From Chiloscyllium plagiosum (lineage: Eukaryota): DNA of 64,000 bases. The stretch is taken from the NCBI RefSeq assembly GCF_004010195.1, contig NC_057718.1, positions 63,657,905 through 63,721,904 of the forward strand, written 5' to 3'. The position numbers were made by a program, and so were the translations under genes. How positions within the stretch are numbered: the stretch's first letter is position 1; each line of letters begins with the position of its first letter. Below, piece after piece: positions 23,893 to 37,499 of the stretch. The notes beneath the pieces are model-generated. The model saw only the letters and a list, made by a program, of their open reading frames with translations. It was not told the origin of the DNA and made no database searches.

Positions 23893-26800
23893 CATGGAGT
23901 CATATTGTCATAGAGATATACAGCATGGAAGCAGACTCTTTGGTCCATGCCGACCAGATATCCCAACCCAATCTAGTCCCACCTGTCAGCACCCGGCCCA
24001 TATCCCTTCAAACCCTTCCTATTCATATACCCATCCAAATGCCATTGAAATGTTGCAATTGTACCTACATCCACCCCTTCCTCAGGAAGTTCATTCCGCA
24101 CTCAAGCCACCCTCTGTTTAACAATTTGCCTCTTATATCCTTTTGTTTTGAACATCTCTAATCTCTAGCCTTAAAAATGTGTCCCCTCTTCTTGAGACTC
24201 CCTCATCCTGGGGAAAAGGCAATGCCATTAACTCTATCCATATCCCTCATTTTTTTCACCAACAGAGTAGTGCAGAAGAGGTCTCACCAATGTCCGTACA
24301 ATCTCAATATGACGTCCCAAATCCCACATTCAATGAACTGTGAAAATTCAAGCATGCCAAGCACTGTCTTATCCATCATGTGATGCAAACTTCAAGAATT
24401 ATGTACCTGAACCCGGAGGTCCCTCTGCTCTAAAACACTAAGCGAGGCCCTAACATTAATTGTATAACTCTACCCTTGTTCGTTTTACAAAATGCATTAC
24501 CTCGCATTTATTCAGATTGAATTCCATCTACAGCTTTTCAGCCCATTCACCCATATCATCAAGATCCTTTTGTAATCTTAGAAAACCTCCTTCACTGTCC
24601 ACCTTTCCAGACCGTCTCACTTGGTTGTCAATAGTACAAATATCTTGTGTACAAGATGATTAGGGGGTTAGATAGGGTCGACAGTATGAACCTTTTCCCG
24701 CGTATTGAGTCGGGTATTACAAGGGGGCATAGCTTTAAATTAAGGGGGAGTAGATATAGGACTGATGTTAGGGGTAGGTTCTTCACTCAGCGAGTCGTTA
24801 GTTCATGGAATGCCCTGCCAGTAACAGTGGTGGACTCTCCCTCTTTATGGGCATTTAAGAGGGCATTGGATAGGTATATGGAGGATAGTGGGTTAGTGTA
24901 GTTTAGGTGGGCTTGGATCGGCGCAACATCGAGGGCCCAAGGGCCTGTACTGCGCTGTATTCTTCTATGTTCTATGTTCTATGTAAATACCTTTGCTCCG
25001 GGCTCCACAATTTCTTCCCTAGCATTCCACAATGTCCTGTGATACACTTCATCATGTCCTGGGGATTTCCATACCTTTGTGTTTTAAAACCTCGAGCACC
25101 ACCTCTTCTATAATATATGCTGTTTTCAAGTCAAAGGGAACTACATTATGGAAACAGACCCTTCGGTCCCCAACTCGTCTAGGCTGACCAAAAGATCTAA
25201 ACAAATCCATCCCATTTACCAGCATTTGACCCATATACCAGTAAACGCTGACTATTCATATATCCATCCAGATACCTTTTAAATGTTGTCATCGAATCAG
25301 TCTCTGTTGCTTTCTCCCTCAGCTCGTTCCATACCCGCATTACCGTGTGCATGAAAAAGCTGTCCCGTCGGTCCCTTTTAAATATTTTCCCTCGAACCTC
25401 AAACCTATGCCCTCTAGTTTTGGACTCCCTAACCCCTGGGAAAAGACCTTGAATGTTTACCCAATCCATGTCCCTCATGTTTATAGAAACCTCTGTAGGG
25501 TCACCCCTCAGTCTCCAAGGCCCCAAGGAAAATAAACCCAGCTTATTCAGCAACAACCCTGGCAACATCTTGTAAATCTTTTCTGTGCCCTTTCAAGTTT
25601 TACAGCATCCTTCCTACAGCAGGGAAACTAGAATTGCGGTGTATTCCAATTGTGGGCTAAGATATTAATCTTGTTCCCTGAGTTGTCCAGTCTTTGTCCA
25701 CAGTAAGTTCTGGACTGCAAAATTTGTTTAGGGTCTGAGCCATATCCTGCAGTTCCACACTTTGATAGCTTCATTGATCTTTAAGGGCCCCTATTTTGTC
25801 CCGAGTTACCGAGTTACTCTTTTGTTCTTAATATATTTATACAATCACTTTTGGATTCTCCTTATCCTTCTCTATCAAAGCTATTTCTTGTCCCCTTTCT
25901 GCATTCCTGATTTCCACCCAAAGTGCATGCTCCTCAGGGATTCCCTTGATCCAGCTGGCTATACCTGACATGTGGCCCCTTTTCCTTGGCCAGCCCCTCA
26001 ATAGACAGTCAGTGTTTCCGAATGCTGTCAGCATTGACCTGCACACTAACAGGAACATGCTGGCGCTGAACACTCAATTTATCCCACTTTTAAAAATTCC
26101 CAGACTTCCCTTTGCCTGCAAATAGACTCCCCAGCCACCTTTTGAAAGTTCCTGGCTGATACGATCAAGATTGGGCTGGCCCCATTTTATAACTTGAACT
26201 TGTGGACCAGTCCTTTTCCATAGGTATTTTCAAATTAATAGAATTGGAGTCACTTTGGAAAAATGCTTTCCCACTAACACATCAGTCCCTTTCCCTATCT
26301 TGTTCCCCAACGGGAGGTCAGGTTTTTCAACTTTCTCTAGTTGGGGCATTTACGTATTGATTGGGAGTTTTCTGGAACGCAATTACCAAATTTCTCTCTT
26401 CCTAACGTTAAATAGTGGCAATTCCAATCTCGGTTTAGAAATTTTAAAAACCATAACATCGCAGCCTTATTATTATGATTGATATTTGAGATCTCCCGAC
26501 AGATTTGTTCCTCAGTCTGCCACGGATTATTCAGGGTCAGTACACTCAAATCAAAGTGATGACCCATTCTTATTCCACTAAGACAGTGGGCGATCCCACA
26601 GGAATATCCTCTCTAAATATTGCTGTGATGTTTCATGCAGTCAAAACCCACCACCACGCGTCCTTTCTCTCTTGCCACCTCTTTGATGCTTCCTGTGGTT
26701 TCTCTACCTTGAAACAATGAGCTGCCAGCCCTGTCCCTCCTCAGCTGTGTTTCTGTAATAACGATAATCTCCCAGTCTCATATTCCCATCCATCCCCTGA

Positions 26801-27000
26801 ATTCATCTTCCTTAGCTGTCAGGCTCCTCGCATTGAAATAAATGCAGTTTAATTATCAGTTTTTTTTCCCCTATTCCCTGCTATGTTCTTGCCTGCCTTG
26901 TCTGTTGAAATTGCTCTCGTTAACTTGTGTACCAGCCTCAAATTCTATCTGGCTCTCTGACAGTTTATGGTCCAACACCTTGCAAAACTAGTTTATATCC
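23890..27000 (-). mobile_element. Nested degraded CR1 fragments, mostly minus strand, with a plus-strand 3' end at about 24650-24985
   Basis: TRGHSFKL..FFTQRVVSSWNALP, LRGD..EV and endonuclease remnants. Confidence 0.8.
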
Positions 27001-27010
27001 TCTCAAACAG

Positions 27011-27332
27011 GGGGCGGCACGGTGGCACAGTGGTTAGCACTGCTGCCTCACAGCGCCAGAGACCGCGGTTCAACTCCCGCCTCAGGGGACTCTCTGTGTG
27101 GAGTTTGCACATTCTCCCTGTGTCTGCGTGGGTTTCCTCCGGGTGCTCCGTTTTCCTCCCAGAATCCAAAAATGTGCAGGTTAGGTGAATTGGCCATGCT
27201 AAATTGCCCGTAGTGTTAGGTGAAGGGGTAAATGTAGGAGTATGGGTCTGGGTGATATACGCTTCGGCGGGTCGGTGTGAACTTGTTGGGCCGAAGCGTC
27301 TGTTTCCCCACTGTAAGTAATCTAATCTAATC
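27011..27332 (+). mobile_element. HE1 SINE, full length
   Basis: gggcggcacggtggcacagtggttagc head, V-domain and (taatc)n tail. Confidence 0.93.
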
Positions 27333-27579
27333 AAACCGCTCCAGCAATTTGGCCCACCGGGATATCGGTCCCCATCCCACCCCCAGGGCAGGTCCATTTA
27401 CCACCCTGTCTCCCTGTGCTGACACTTCCAGAGACCCCCCTTCTCCCCCAACACCGACCCCCCTTCTCCCACCAAGGTCCCTGACCTCCTCAGAACTCAG
27501 CAAGGACCTATCGTTCATTACGTCTGCCCTTTGCTTATCATTCCTCCCACAGGGTATTACCTCACTTCGATCACTACTA

Positions 27580-28830
27580 AACTCTGCTCAGATTATCATA
27601 TGATTGATATCGGAATGTAGACTGAGACCATCCTCCTCACTGTGGACAACACCCTCACCTTTCATGTCATCTTTAAACCTACTTTCTTCTGCTTTCGCAT
27701 CCGAGTTGTTAATGCACATAATAACCAGCAATGGTTCCTGCACCGATCCCTGTGGTACACTCGCTGGTGAAAGAATTTGAAACACTGACAAGTCCATCCA
27801 CCAATTGTGGATCCAATTTACCAACTTGCCTTGGATCCCATGGGCTCTTCCCTTTTGGACCTGCCTTCCATGTGGGACCTTGCCAAAGGCCTTTTTCAAG
27901 TCGATGTAAACCACATCATCTGCACTGCCCTCATCAATATTTTTAGACACGATTTCAAAAAACTCCACTGAATTTCTCAGACAGTATCTTCCTCTCACAA
28001 ATCCGTGAGGATTGAGCCGAGATGATCCTTACCTCCATAAGTGTTGATTCAATCTCACAATTGTTTCCAATAACTCCCCACCCCCACTGCTGTCAGACTA
28101 TCTGTTCTGTAATTTCCTGGCCTATCCCTGCTGCATTTTTGAACAAAGGAACCATATTAGCTATCCTCCAGTCATTCAGCACTTCATCTGTGGCCAGCAA
28201 AGTATTAAATATATCCACCAGGGCCCCAACAATCTCCTCCCTTACCTCCCATAGCAGCCTGAGATAAATTTTATTGGGCACTGGGGATTTCTCCAGCTTT
28301 ATACCTGTGAAAACATTTAATACCTCCCCTTTATCGATCTTAACATGTTCTGGAGCCTCACCATCCCAACTGAAATCTCTGGCTAAAATGTCTTTCTCCT
28401 TTGTGAATACAGATGGGAAGTATTCATTGAAGACATCATCTACTTCCTCTGGCTTCATGCACTGATTGTCCCTTTGGTTTCTCATAGGCCTTGCTCTTTC
28501 CCCAGTAATCCTCTTATTCTAACCATACTGATAAAATATCTTGTGGATTTTCCTTTATAGTATCTGACAAGGATATTTTATGACCATTGATTTCCCCTCA
28601 TTTCTAAAGACTCTCTTGCAGTCCCTATACTTTTGGATGGCTTCGTCTGGTTTTATTACACTGTATATTCTTTATCAATCTCACGATATCACTTGATCAG
28701 TAATCGGTGGACTTGCTGTCTTTACTATTCCCTCGTCATGAACACACTGGTCCTGAATTCTCACTGTCTCACTTTAACATACTCCCACTTTCCAAGTATA
28801 GACCCAACTACAGATAGTCCTCCCAGTCTT
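27580..28830 (-). mobile_element. CR1 RT fragment
   Basis: DVVYIDLKKAFGKVPH, VPQGSVQEPLL and WRIANMVPLFK. Confidence 0.85.
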
Positions 28831-28849
28831 TGTTTGTCAGATCCTCTCT

Positions 28850-30690
28850 ATTGATCGTGATACTGATAGGAGACTCAGTTGTGAGGGGGACACACAGGAG
28901 ATTTTTTGGCTGCAGCAGAGATCCCAGGATGGTGTGCTGCTTTCCGAGTGCGATGGTCAAGGATGTCTCTGTGCAGTTACTGAACATTCTGAAGGGGAGG
29001 GTTAGTAGCCATTGGTCATTGTGCACATCGGTCCACATGACAGTGGTAGACAATAGGATGGGGTCGGGTGAAATGAGTATCAGGAGTTAGGTAAGAGGTT
29101 TAAAAGAATGACCTCAAGGCAAGTTATCTACAGATTATTCCCAGTGCCACCTGCCCCGTTGAGGACTGAAGTAGAAAGATAGGCTGGAGAGATGTGTGGC
29201 TGAGGAGCTGGGGGATGAGGTAATGTTTGGATCATTGAGATCTCTTCTGGGGTAGAGGTGACCTGTACAAGAGGGAACAGGTTTGACTTAAACCAGAGGG
29301 GCACCAGGATCACTGCGAGGGAGATTTGTTAGTGTTACCTGGGGAGGGATTAAACTAGGTTGGCAGGGACTCTGAGTAAGAGAGGCACCATCCGCCAGTC
29401 AGGAGAAAAAATATGTCAGCCACCGAGAACAAGTTTCCTATTCTGGATATCCTGAGGCACAGTCAAGGGAGGGAAAAGATTACTGGTTTAACGTGCATTT
29501 ATTTCAACACACGAGGACTGAATGGTAAGGCAGACGATCTCAGAGCATGGATTGGCTCTGGGGACTGGGATATTATATCCATAACAGAAACATGGCTGAG
29601 AGAAGGGCAGGACTGGCAGCTCAGTGTTCCAGGACACAGAATCTACAGGTCTGACAGGTGAGTGAGATGGGAGAGTTGCACTTTTGATAAGGGAGGGCAG
29701 AACAACAGTGTTTAGAAGGGATCAACAAATGAGGCCATATGGTTAGAAGTTAGAAACAAGAAGGGGATGGACTCTGTTGGGACAGTGTTCTAGCCAGTGG
29801 GTACTAGAGGAGCAGATGTGTAGAGAGATTGCAGGTACTAATAATGTAGTATTGGTTGGAGATGTTAACTTCCCCTGGATGGACTGGGCCACCCACAGAG
29901 TAAAAGGCCTGTACGGAGTGCAATTTGGCAAATGTGTCCATAAAATTTTCCTAAACCAAGATGTAACTCTAACACGGCCTATCTCTACTCAGGCGGGTGC
30001 AACACTGGACCTCCCCTCAGAAAACGAGGTCTGGAAAGTGACTGAAGTGTCAGTCAGAGAGCACTTCGGGTCCAGTGATCACAACTGTCTTCGTTTTAAC
30101 ATAGTTATGGAAAAATATCAGACAGGTCCACGGATGAAACTGGAGCAGGGCCAGATGGCCATTCGACAGGATTGGGTGAATTAAAAATCACAGAACACCA
30201 GGTTATAGTCAAATAGGTTTATTTCAAAGCAGCAGCTTTCGAAGTGCGGGTGATACTCCTAAAAGGTGAAAGGCAGAAACTAAATGTGTTTGATATTACA
30301 TTCTATGACACTGCTATCCTGTTGTTATAAATTTTGTGCCTTGTGATTGTGCTCCACAACCACCTGATGAAGCAGTGCTCTGAAACCTAGTGTCTCTAAA
30401 TAAACCTGTTGGACTGTAAGCTGTTGTTGTGTGATTTTTAACATTGTCCACCTCAGTCCAACACCGGCTCCTCCACATAGTAATTACCATCGATTGGGTG
30501 AGTCTGTTTGAAGGAAAAGGAATGAATGGCAAACGGGAGGGTTTATAACGTGTGATCTCAAGACTCCAGGGCCAGTATGTCCCTGTTAGAGTGAAGGGAC
30601 AAGCTGGCAGGTTTATTGATCCCTGTATGCTGAGGGTTATTGAAGCTCTGTTCAGGAAAAAGAAAACAGCATACATTGGGTTTAATCTAT
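28850..30690 (+). mobile_element. CR1 ORF1 and endonuclease, interrupted by an inverted Penelope end
   Basis: LIGDSVVRG...VCCFPSA, ITETWLREG and SSDHN. Confidence 0.85.
30183..30478. mobile_element. Inverted pair of Penelope terminal repeats (second hammerhead family)
   Basis: aaaaatcacagaacaccaggttatagtc... is inverted relative to ...gactgtaagctgttgttgtgtgattttt; contains cacctgatga...tgaaacctagtg; flanked by gattgggtga-like repeats. Confidence 0.75.
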
Positions 30691-31330
30691 CCATATCTTC
30701 TTCCAGTCCGAAAGACACGATCAGTCCGTGGAGCCTCTGCAAACCTCTCAGGTCCCTGCTGCAGTCAGGATCTGTAGAACTCACTTCAATACCTGTTACT
30801 CTCCTGATCCAGTTCCGAAAAGACTCACTATCTGTGTAACATTCTCTCGTGGCTATCTCCCACCCTGTCAAGGCAAACTCCTCCAGTCTCTCCAGCAATC
30901 TATTCATCTCCATAACCTTCTCCAGCTCTGACACCCCTATCTATGTAAATGCCACCCTCCCCTACAAACCTTCCCACTTTGACTAAACTGCAGGAGGTTA
31001 CTAATACTTTCTTATCTGTGAAAATGTCTCTAACCATCCCAGCCTACCAACATTCTTGTGACGGAAACTGCTTCATCCCTCCCAACCTCCCGATCTCCAT
31101 GATCTCCTGCAGGCCCTCTAGCTCTGTAACCACTGGTGGCTCTATTGTCCTCCCTCCCTGTGAAACTACCTCCCGTCCTCACACCCCTCCCAGTCTGGGT
31201 CGTCTGCTCTAGATCAGACCGTTGCTGTCTCTGTTACCCTCGACAATCCTAGCAACCCTTACTATTTGTGTCTCTTCATTCAGATCCCATCTCTCCAGCT
31301 TTCGGAAACCTCTTTGTGCCATTCTGAGTC
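30690..31330 (+). mobile_element. Degraded Penelope (Neptune-like) RT fragment
   Basis: C-rich sequence resembling the other Neptune-like copies in the window. Confidence 0.45.
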
Positions 31331-31539
31331 TCCCTATTTACAACGTAGAACAGTACAGTTCAGCACATGCCCTTCGGCCTGAATTTTGTTATGACATTTT
31401 ATCCTGCAGACCCTACATTTTACTATCATCCATTTGCCTATCTAAGAATTGCTTAATTGTCCCTAATGTATCGGACTCTGCTACCACTGTTGGCAGTGCA
31501 TTCCACACAACCGCTACACGATGTGTAAAGAACCCTTGT

Positions 31540-31850
31540 GGGCGGCACGGTGGCACAGTGGTTAGCACTGCTGCCTCACAGCGCCAGAGACCCGGGTTCA
31601 ATTCCCGACTCAGGCGACTGACTGTGTGGAGTTTGCACATTCTCCCCGTGTCTGCGTGGGTTTCCTCCGGGTGCTCCGGTTTCCTCCCACAGTCCAAAGA
31701 TGTGCAGGTCAGGTGAATTGGCCATGCTAAATTGCCTGTAGTGTTAGGTAAAGGGGTAAATGTACGGGAATGGGTGGGTTACGCTTCAGCGGGTCGGTGT
31801 GGACTTGTTGGGCCGAAGGGCCTGTTTCCACACTGTAAGTAATCTAATCT
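31540..31850 (+). mobile_element. HE1 SINE, full length, inserted in a minus-strand CR1 3' end (about 31340-32210)
   Basis: Consensus-like head, V-domain and tail; flanking repeat agaaccc. Confidence 0.93.
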
Positions 31851-32805
31851 AGAACCCACCTCTGACACCGCCTATAAATCTTCCTCTGATCATCTTCAAT
31901 TTATGCCATCTCGTCATTTCCATTTTTACAATGGGAAAAGTATCTGGTTATCCTCTCTATCTAAGCCTCTCATCATCTCGTTCACCTCTATCAAGTCACC
32001 TCTCCTCCTTTTTCATTCCAAGGAGAATAGCCCTAACTCCCTCAAACTTTCTACATAAGATCTCCCCTCCAGTCCATGCAGTATCCTGATAAATCTCCTC
32101 TGCACCTCTCTAAAGCTTCCACATCTTTCTGATAATGAGGCAACAAGAATTGAATGCAATATACCAAGTATTGTCTCACCAGGGCTCGATAAAGCTGCAG
32201 CATACCAACATACAACCGCCCTCAGACTGAAGCTCACCACACCCCACATATCGTCCCCAGCCTGAAACATAACGCCGTCCATACACTGTCCCCAGCCTGA
32301 CCCTCNNNNNNNNNNNNNNNNNNNNNNNNNNNNNNNNNNNNNNNNNNNNNNNNNNNNNNNNNNNNNNNNNNNNNNNNNNNNNNNNNNNNNNNNNNNNNNN
32401 NNNNNNNNNNNNNNNNNNNNNNNNNNNNNNNNNNNNNNNNNNNNNNNNNNNNNNNNNNNNNNNNNNNNNNNNNNNNNNNNNNNNNNNNNNNNNNNNNNNN
32501 NNNNNNNNNNNNNNNNNNNNNNNNNNNNNNNNNNNNNNNNNNNNNNNNNNNNNNNNNNNNNNNNNNNNNNNNNNNNNNNNNNNNNNNNNNNNNNNNNNNN
32601 NNNNNNNNNNNNNNNNNNNNNNNNNNNNNNNNNNNNNNNNNNNNNNNNNNNNNNNNNNNNNNNNNNNNNNNNNNNNNNNNNNNNNNNNNNNNNNNNNNNN
32701 NNNNNNNNNNNNNNNNNNNNNNNNNNNNNNNNNNNNNNNNNNNNNNNNNNNNNNNNNNNNNNNNNNNNNNNNNNNNNNNNNNNNNNNNNNNNNNNNNNNN
32801 NNNNN

Positions 32806-35335
32806 AGATCTCAGTTATCTGTAAGAATAATAGGGTGGGATTTTAACTTTGCAAACATAAACTGGACTGCCATAGTGTTAAGGGTTTAGATGGAGAGGAA
32901 TATGTTAAGTGTGTACAAGAAAATCTTCTGATTCAATATGTGGATGTACCTACTAAAGAAGGTGCAAAACCTGACCTACTCTTGGGAAATACTCAGGGCA
33001 GGTGGCTGAGGTGTCAGTGGGGGAGCACTTAGGGGCCAGCGACCATAATTCTATTAGTTTTAAAATAGTGATGGAAAAGGATAGACCAGACCTAAAAGTT
33101 GAAGATCTAAATTGGAGGAAGATCAATTTTGACGGTATTAGGCAAAGAAGCATATGTCACAGCAGAGAGCAAGTGAATCCTTGGAAGAGTATAAAGGTAG
33201 TAGGAGTATACTTAAGAGGAATATCAGGGAGGCAAAAAGGGGATATGAGATAGCTTTGGCAAATAGGGTTAAAGAGAATCCGAAGCGATTCTGTACATAC
33301 TCTATGGACAAAAGGGTAAAAGGCAGCCTACGTGTGGAATCGCAGGAGATGGGAGCAATACTAAATTAGTATTTTGCCTCAGGGTTTACTGTGGAGAAGG
33401 AGGATGAAGATACAGAATGGAAGGAAATAGATGATGACCTCTTAAAAAATGTCTATATTACATAGATGGTAGTGCTGAATGTTTTAAAACACACAAAGAT
33501 TATAAAATCCCCAGGACCTGTTAAGGTGTACCCTAGAACTCTGTAGGAAGATTAGATTAGATTCTCTACAGTGTGGAAACAGGCCCTTCAGCCCAACCAG
33601 TCCACACCAACCCTCCGGAGAGCAACCCACCCAGACCCATTTCTCTCTGACTAATGCACCTAACACTAAGGGCAATTTAGCGTGGCCAATTCACCTGACC
33701 TGCACATCTTTGGACTGTGGGAGGAAACCAGACCACCCGGAGGAAACCCACACAGACACAGGGAGAATGTGCAAACTCCACACAGACAGTCGCCCGAAGC
33801 TGGAATCAAATTTGGGACCCTGGTGCTGTGAGGCAACAGTGCTAACCACTAAGCCACTGTGCTCCCCAAGATAGGGTAGCGATTACTGGGTCCCTTGCTG
33901 AGATATTTGGATCGATAGTCACAGATAAGGTGCCAGAAGACTGGAGATTGTTAAATAGTGGCACCACGTTAGCCAAATCTGGTAAGGAAAAGCCAGGGAA
34001 CTATAGACCGGTGAGTCTGACATCGGTGATGAGCAAGTTGTTGAGAGAATCCTGAACGACAGGATGTACATGTATTTGGAATGGCAAGGACAGATCAGCG
34101 ATAGTCAACATAGCTTTGTGCACGAGAAATTATGTCTCACAAACTTGATAGAGTTTTTTGAAGTAACAAAGATGATTGATGAGAGCAGAGTGGTGGATGT
34201 GATCTATATCGTCTTCAGTAGGCATTCAACCAAATGGTAGACTGGCTAGTAAGGTTCGATCTCAGAGTACAGGGAGAACTAGCCATTTGGATACAGAACT
34301 GACTCAAAGGTGGAAGACAGAGGGTGGTGGTGGAGGGTTGCCTGTCAGACGGGAGGCCTGTGACCAGTGGAGAGCCACAAGAGTCAGTGCCACTGCTTTT
34401 CATCATTTATATAAATGATTTGGAGGTGAACAGAGGAGGTATAGTTAATAAGCTGGACGATGACATTAAAATGATGGACAGAGAAGAAAGTTACCTCAGA
34501 GGAGAATGGGATTTTGTTCAAATGAGCCAATGGGCTGAGGAGTGGCAGATGGAGTTTACTTTAGAATGTGAGGTGCTGCATTTTGAAAGGCATATCAGTG
34601 CAGGACTTAAACACTTAATGGTAAGATCCAGGGGAGTGTTGCTGAACAAAGAACCTTGGAGTGCAGGTGCATAGCTCCTTGAAAGTGGAGTCACAGGTCG
34701 ATAGGATAGTGAAGGTGGCGTTGGTATGCTTTCCTTTATTGGTCAGAGCATCGAGTATAGGGGTTGGGAGGTCATATTGCGACTGAACAGGACATTGGTT
34801 AGGCCACTTTTGAAATACTGCATGCAGTTCTGGTCTCCCTCCTATCAGAAGGATGTTGTGAAACTTGAAAGGGTTCAGAAAAGATTTACAAGGATGTGGC
34901 CAGGATTGATAGTTTGAGCTTAGGGAGAGGCTGAATATATTGGGGTGGTTTTCCCTGGAGCGTTGGAGGCCGAGGGATGACCTTCTCAAGGTTTATAAAA
35001 TTATGAGGGGCATGGATAGGGTAAAAAGACAAGGATTTTATTCCCTGGGGTGGGGGGTCCAGAACTCGAGGGCATAGAGGGGAATAATTTAAAAGGAACC
35101 TATGGGGAAACCTTTTCACGCAGAGGGTGGTGCTTGTTTGGAATGAGCTGCCAGTAGAAGTGGTAGAGGCTGGTACAATTACAATGCATCCAGATGGGTA
35201 TATAAAATAGGAAGGATATAGAGGGATATGGGCCAAGTGCTGGCAAATAGAACTACATTAGTTTACGATATTCTATCGGCATGGGCAAGTTGAACCAAAG
35301 GGTTTGTTTCTGGGCTGTACATCTCTATGACTATA
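32806..35335 (+). mobile_element. CR1 ORF2 through the 3' end; continuation of 14890-16535
   Basis: The first 679 bp duplicate 15856-16535; RT motifs and a ctctatgacta tail follow. Confidence 0.9.
33548..33868 (-). mobile_element. HE1 SINE inserted in CR1
   Basis: Reverse complement of the HE1 consensus with a (gatta)n tail. Confidence 0.9.
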
Positions 35336-35529
35336 TTAACGGACTTCATTAACAAGTCATCCTTCCTCACTGTAATTGATTCCTTAATCAAGAGTGTTAC
35401 ATTCCCAAATGTTTTTATCCATTTTCCATCCTGAAATTTCTACATCAGGAATGCTGAGCAGCCGCCCTTGCCTCTCTTAGGCCAAGTTTCCTTTATAGCA
35501 ATAAAATCATGTTCCCTTATGTAGAGGAG

Positions 35530-37155
35530 ATCATACGGTGAATAGTGAACGCAGTCGACTAGACTGAGTGAAGTGAAGGTAAAGCGCTGATTTACCTGGA
35601 AGGTATGTTTGGGCCCTTGGATACTGAAGAGGGAGAAGTAAATGGACAGGTGCTACACCTTCTGCGGTTGCAAGGGAAGTTGCCATGGGTAGATTTGGAA
35701 GTGAAGGAAGAGCAGACCAGGGTGTCCTGGAGGGAACAGTCCTTGTTGAAGGCTGACAAGAAAGGGGAGGGGAATGTGTGTCTGGTGATGGCATCCTGCT
35801 GGCGATAGCAGAAATGGCAGCTAATGATCGTCAGAATGTGGATGCTGGTGGGATGGTTGGTGAGGACAAGGGGCAGCTCATCTCAGCTGTGGGAGAGAAG
35901 AAAGAGGTTGACGGCTGAAGTAGAGGAAATGGGTCAGACCCGTTGAGGGCCCTGTCAACCACGGTGCTGTAGATCCTCAGTTGAGGAAGAAGGTGGACAT
36001 TTTGGAGGCCCGCTTGTCAAAGTTAGCATCTTCAAAACAGATACAATGGAGAAACAGGAACTGGGAGAATGGAATAGTGTCTTTACAGGAAGCAAGGTGA
36101 GAGGATGTATTGCCAAGGTAATGTTGGGAGTCGGTTGGTTTGTAGGGGATATTGACGGCCAGCCTATGCCCAGAATTGGAAACAGATGTCAAGGAAAGGA
36201 AGGGAGAAGTCAGAGGTGAACGAGATGAAGGTGGCAGCTGGATGGAATTTGGAAGCGAAATTGATAAACTTTTCCAATTCCTCATGAGACAGGGAAGCAC
36301 AATGATGACATTGGTATACGGTAGAAAGATTTGTGGCTGGGGGCCGGAATAGGACTGGAACAAGGAATGTTCCACATACCCCACAAAGAGACAGGTTTAA
36401 CTGGGGCCCATGCAGTTACCGATAGCCACTTCTTGAAGTGAAAGAGAAGTTGTTCAAGGTGAGGACAAGCTTGGCCAGGCAGAGAAGGGAGGTGGTGGAT
36501 GGGGACAGTTCAAGAACAAACAGAGAACCCTGAGACTATCCTGTTGGGGAATGGACATGTAAAGGAATTGCACGTCCACGGTAAAGGGGTGCCTGGAGCC
36601 CGCAAATGAAATTTCAGTGGGAAGGGACTGGACAAGAGCAGGTGGGAGCTGGAGGGTGGTGGTGGGGAGAGAGAGGCCACCAGTCAAAATGAAGTCAGTG
36701 ACTGTTGTGGACACAGGAGCCTGATGTTCCACGTAGGGATCATGGTCCGGGGGGGAAAGGAGGAGGTATGTGAGTGCTGACATTCAGTCTCTACAAAGTA
36801 GAGGTTAGTCTGCCAAACAACAAAAGCGACACCTTTGTCAGCAGGCTTAATTATAAAGTCAGCATTGGATCAGAGAGCTCTGAATGTAGTCTGTTCACAG
36901 GGAAAAGGGTGAGAATGGGCAAGGGATGCAAAAAAGGCGATCAATGTCACATCACCTATTATATGCTCCTTACCCCCTCCCACACCCTATCTTCTGCATA
37001 AAAAACAACTTTTCCAAGCTACAATCAGTTTTAATGAAAGGTCACTTGATCTGAAAAGTTAACTCTGATTCCTCTCCAAAATGCTACCCAATCTGAGATT
37101 TTCCAGCAATTTCTGTTTTTGTTTCTGATGTCCAGCATCTGCAGTTCTTTTGGTT
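35530..37155 (-). mobile_element. Neptune-like Penelope RT/EN fragment with an inverted terminal piece (about 36970-37155)
   Basis: YKPTDSQHYL..SSH...IPFSQFL..ICF; a decayed hammerhead-like taatgaaaggtc..gatctgaaa lies near 37030. Confidence 0.8.
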
Positions 37156-37499
37156 TTTTACAGTGATCTGGCTGGCTTCAGTTCAGCTCAAGAGTGTCAT
37201 TGTCTATCAGAATCTGGTTGAGTCAGGAAAGTTGGGGCCCTTTGGGTAACACATTACTATATTATTTTATTTGGCCAAAGGCATTTTTAATGGCCTACTT
37301 ACATTTTCATTAAATTAGTCTTTAATGGTTTTTGTAAGTCATCGAGACAGCACAATATTCCCTCAAACATCTTAAGCACCACATTATCCCACCTTATTTT
37401 AGAGATTTCAATTTCTGATGGATTCTCAAATTGCCCTTATTTTTTATTTCAGTCCATACTACTTTAACAACTGTTATGAACACTTCTCTCAAGAAGACC

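Noticed and set aside
27011..27085. tRNA-like sequences at HE1 5' ends (also 31540 and 61504)
   Set aside because: They are SINE heads followed by V-domain and tail, not tRNA genes.
30314..30934. 206-aa ORF
   Set aside because: It runs antisense across the junction of three different repeats.
32215..32305. Short repeated tccccagcctga units before the gap
   Set aside because: This may be the edge of a satellite, but too little sequence is visible to define a unit.
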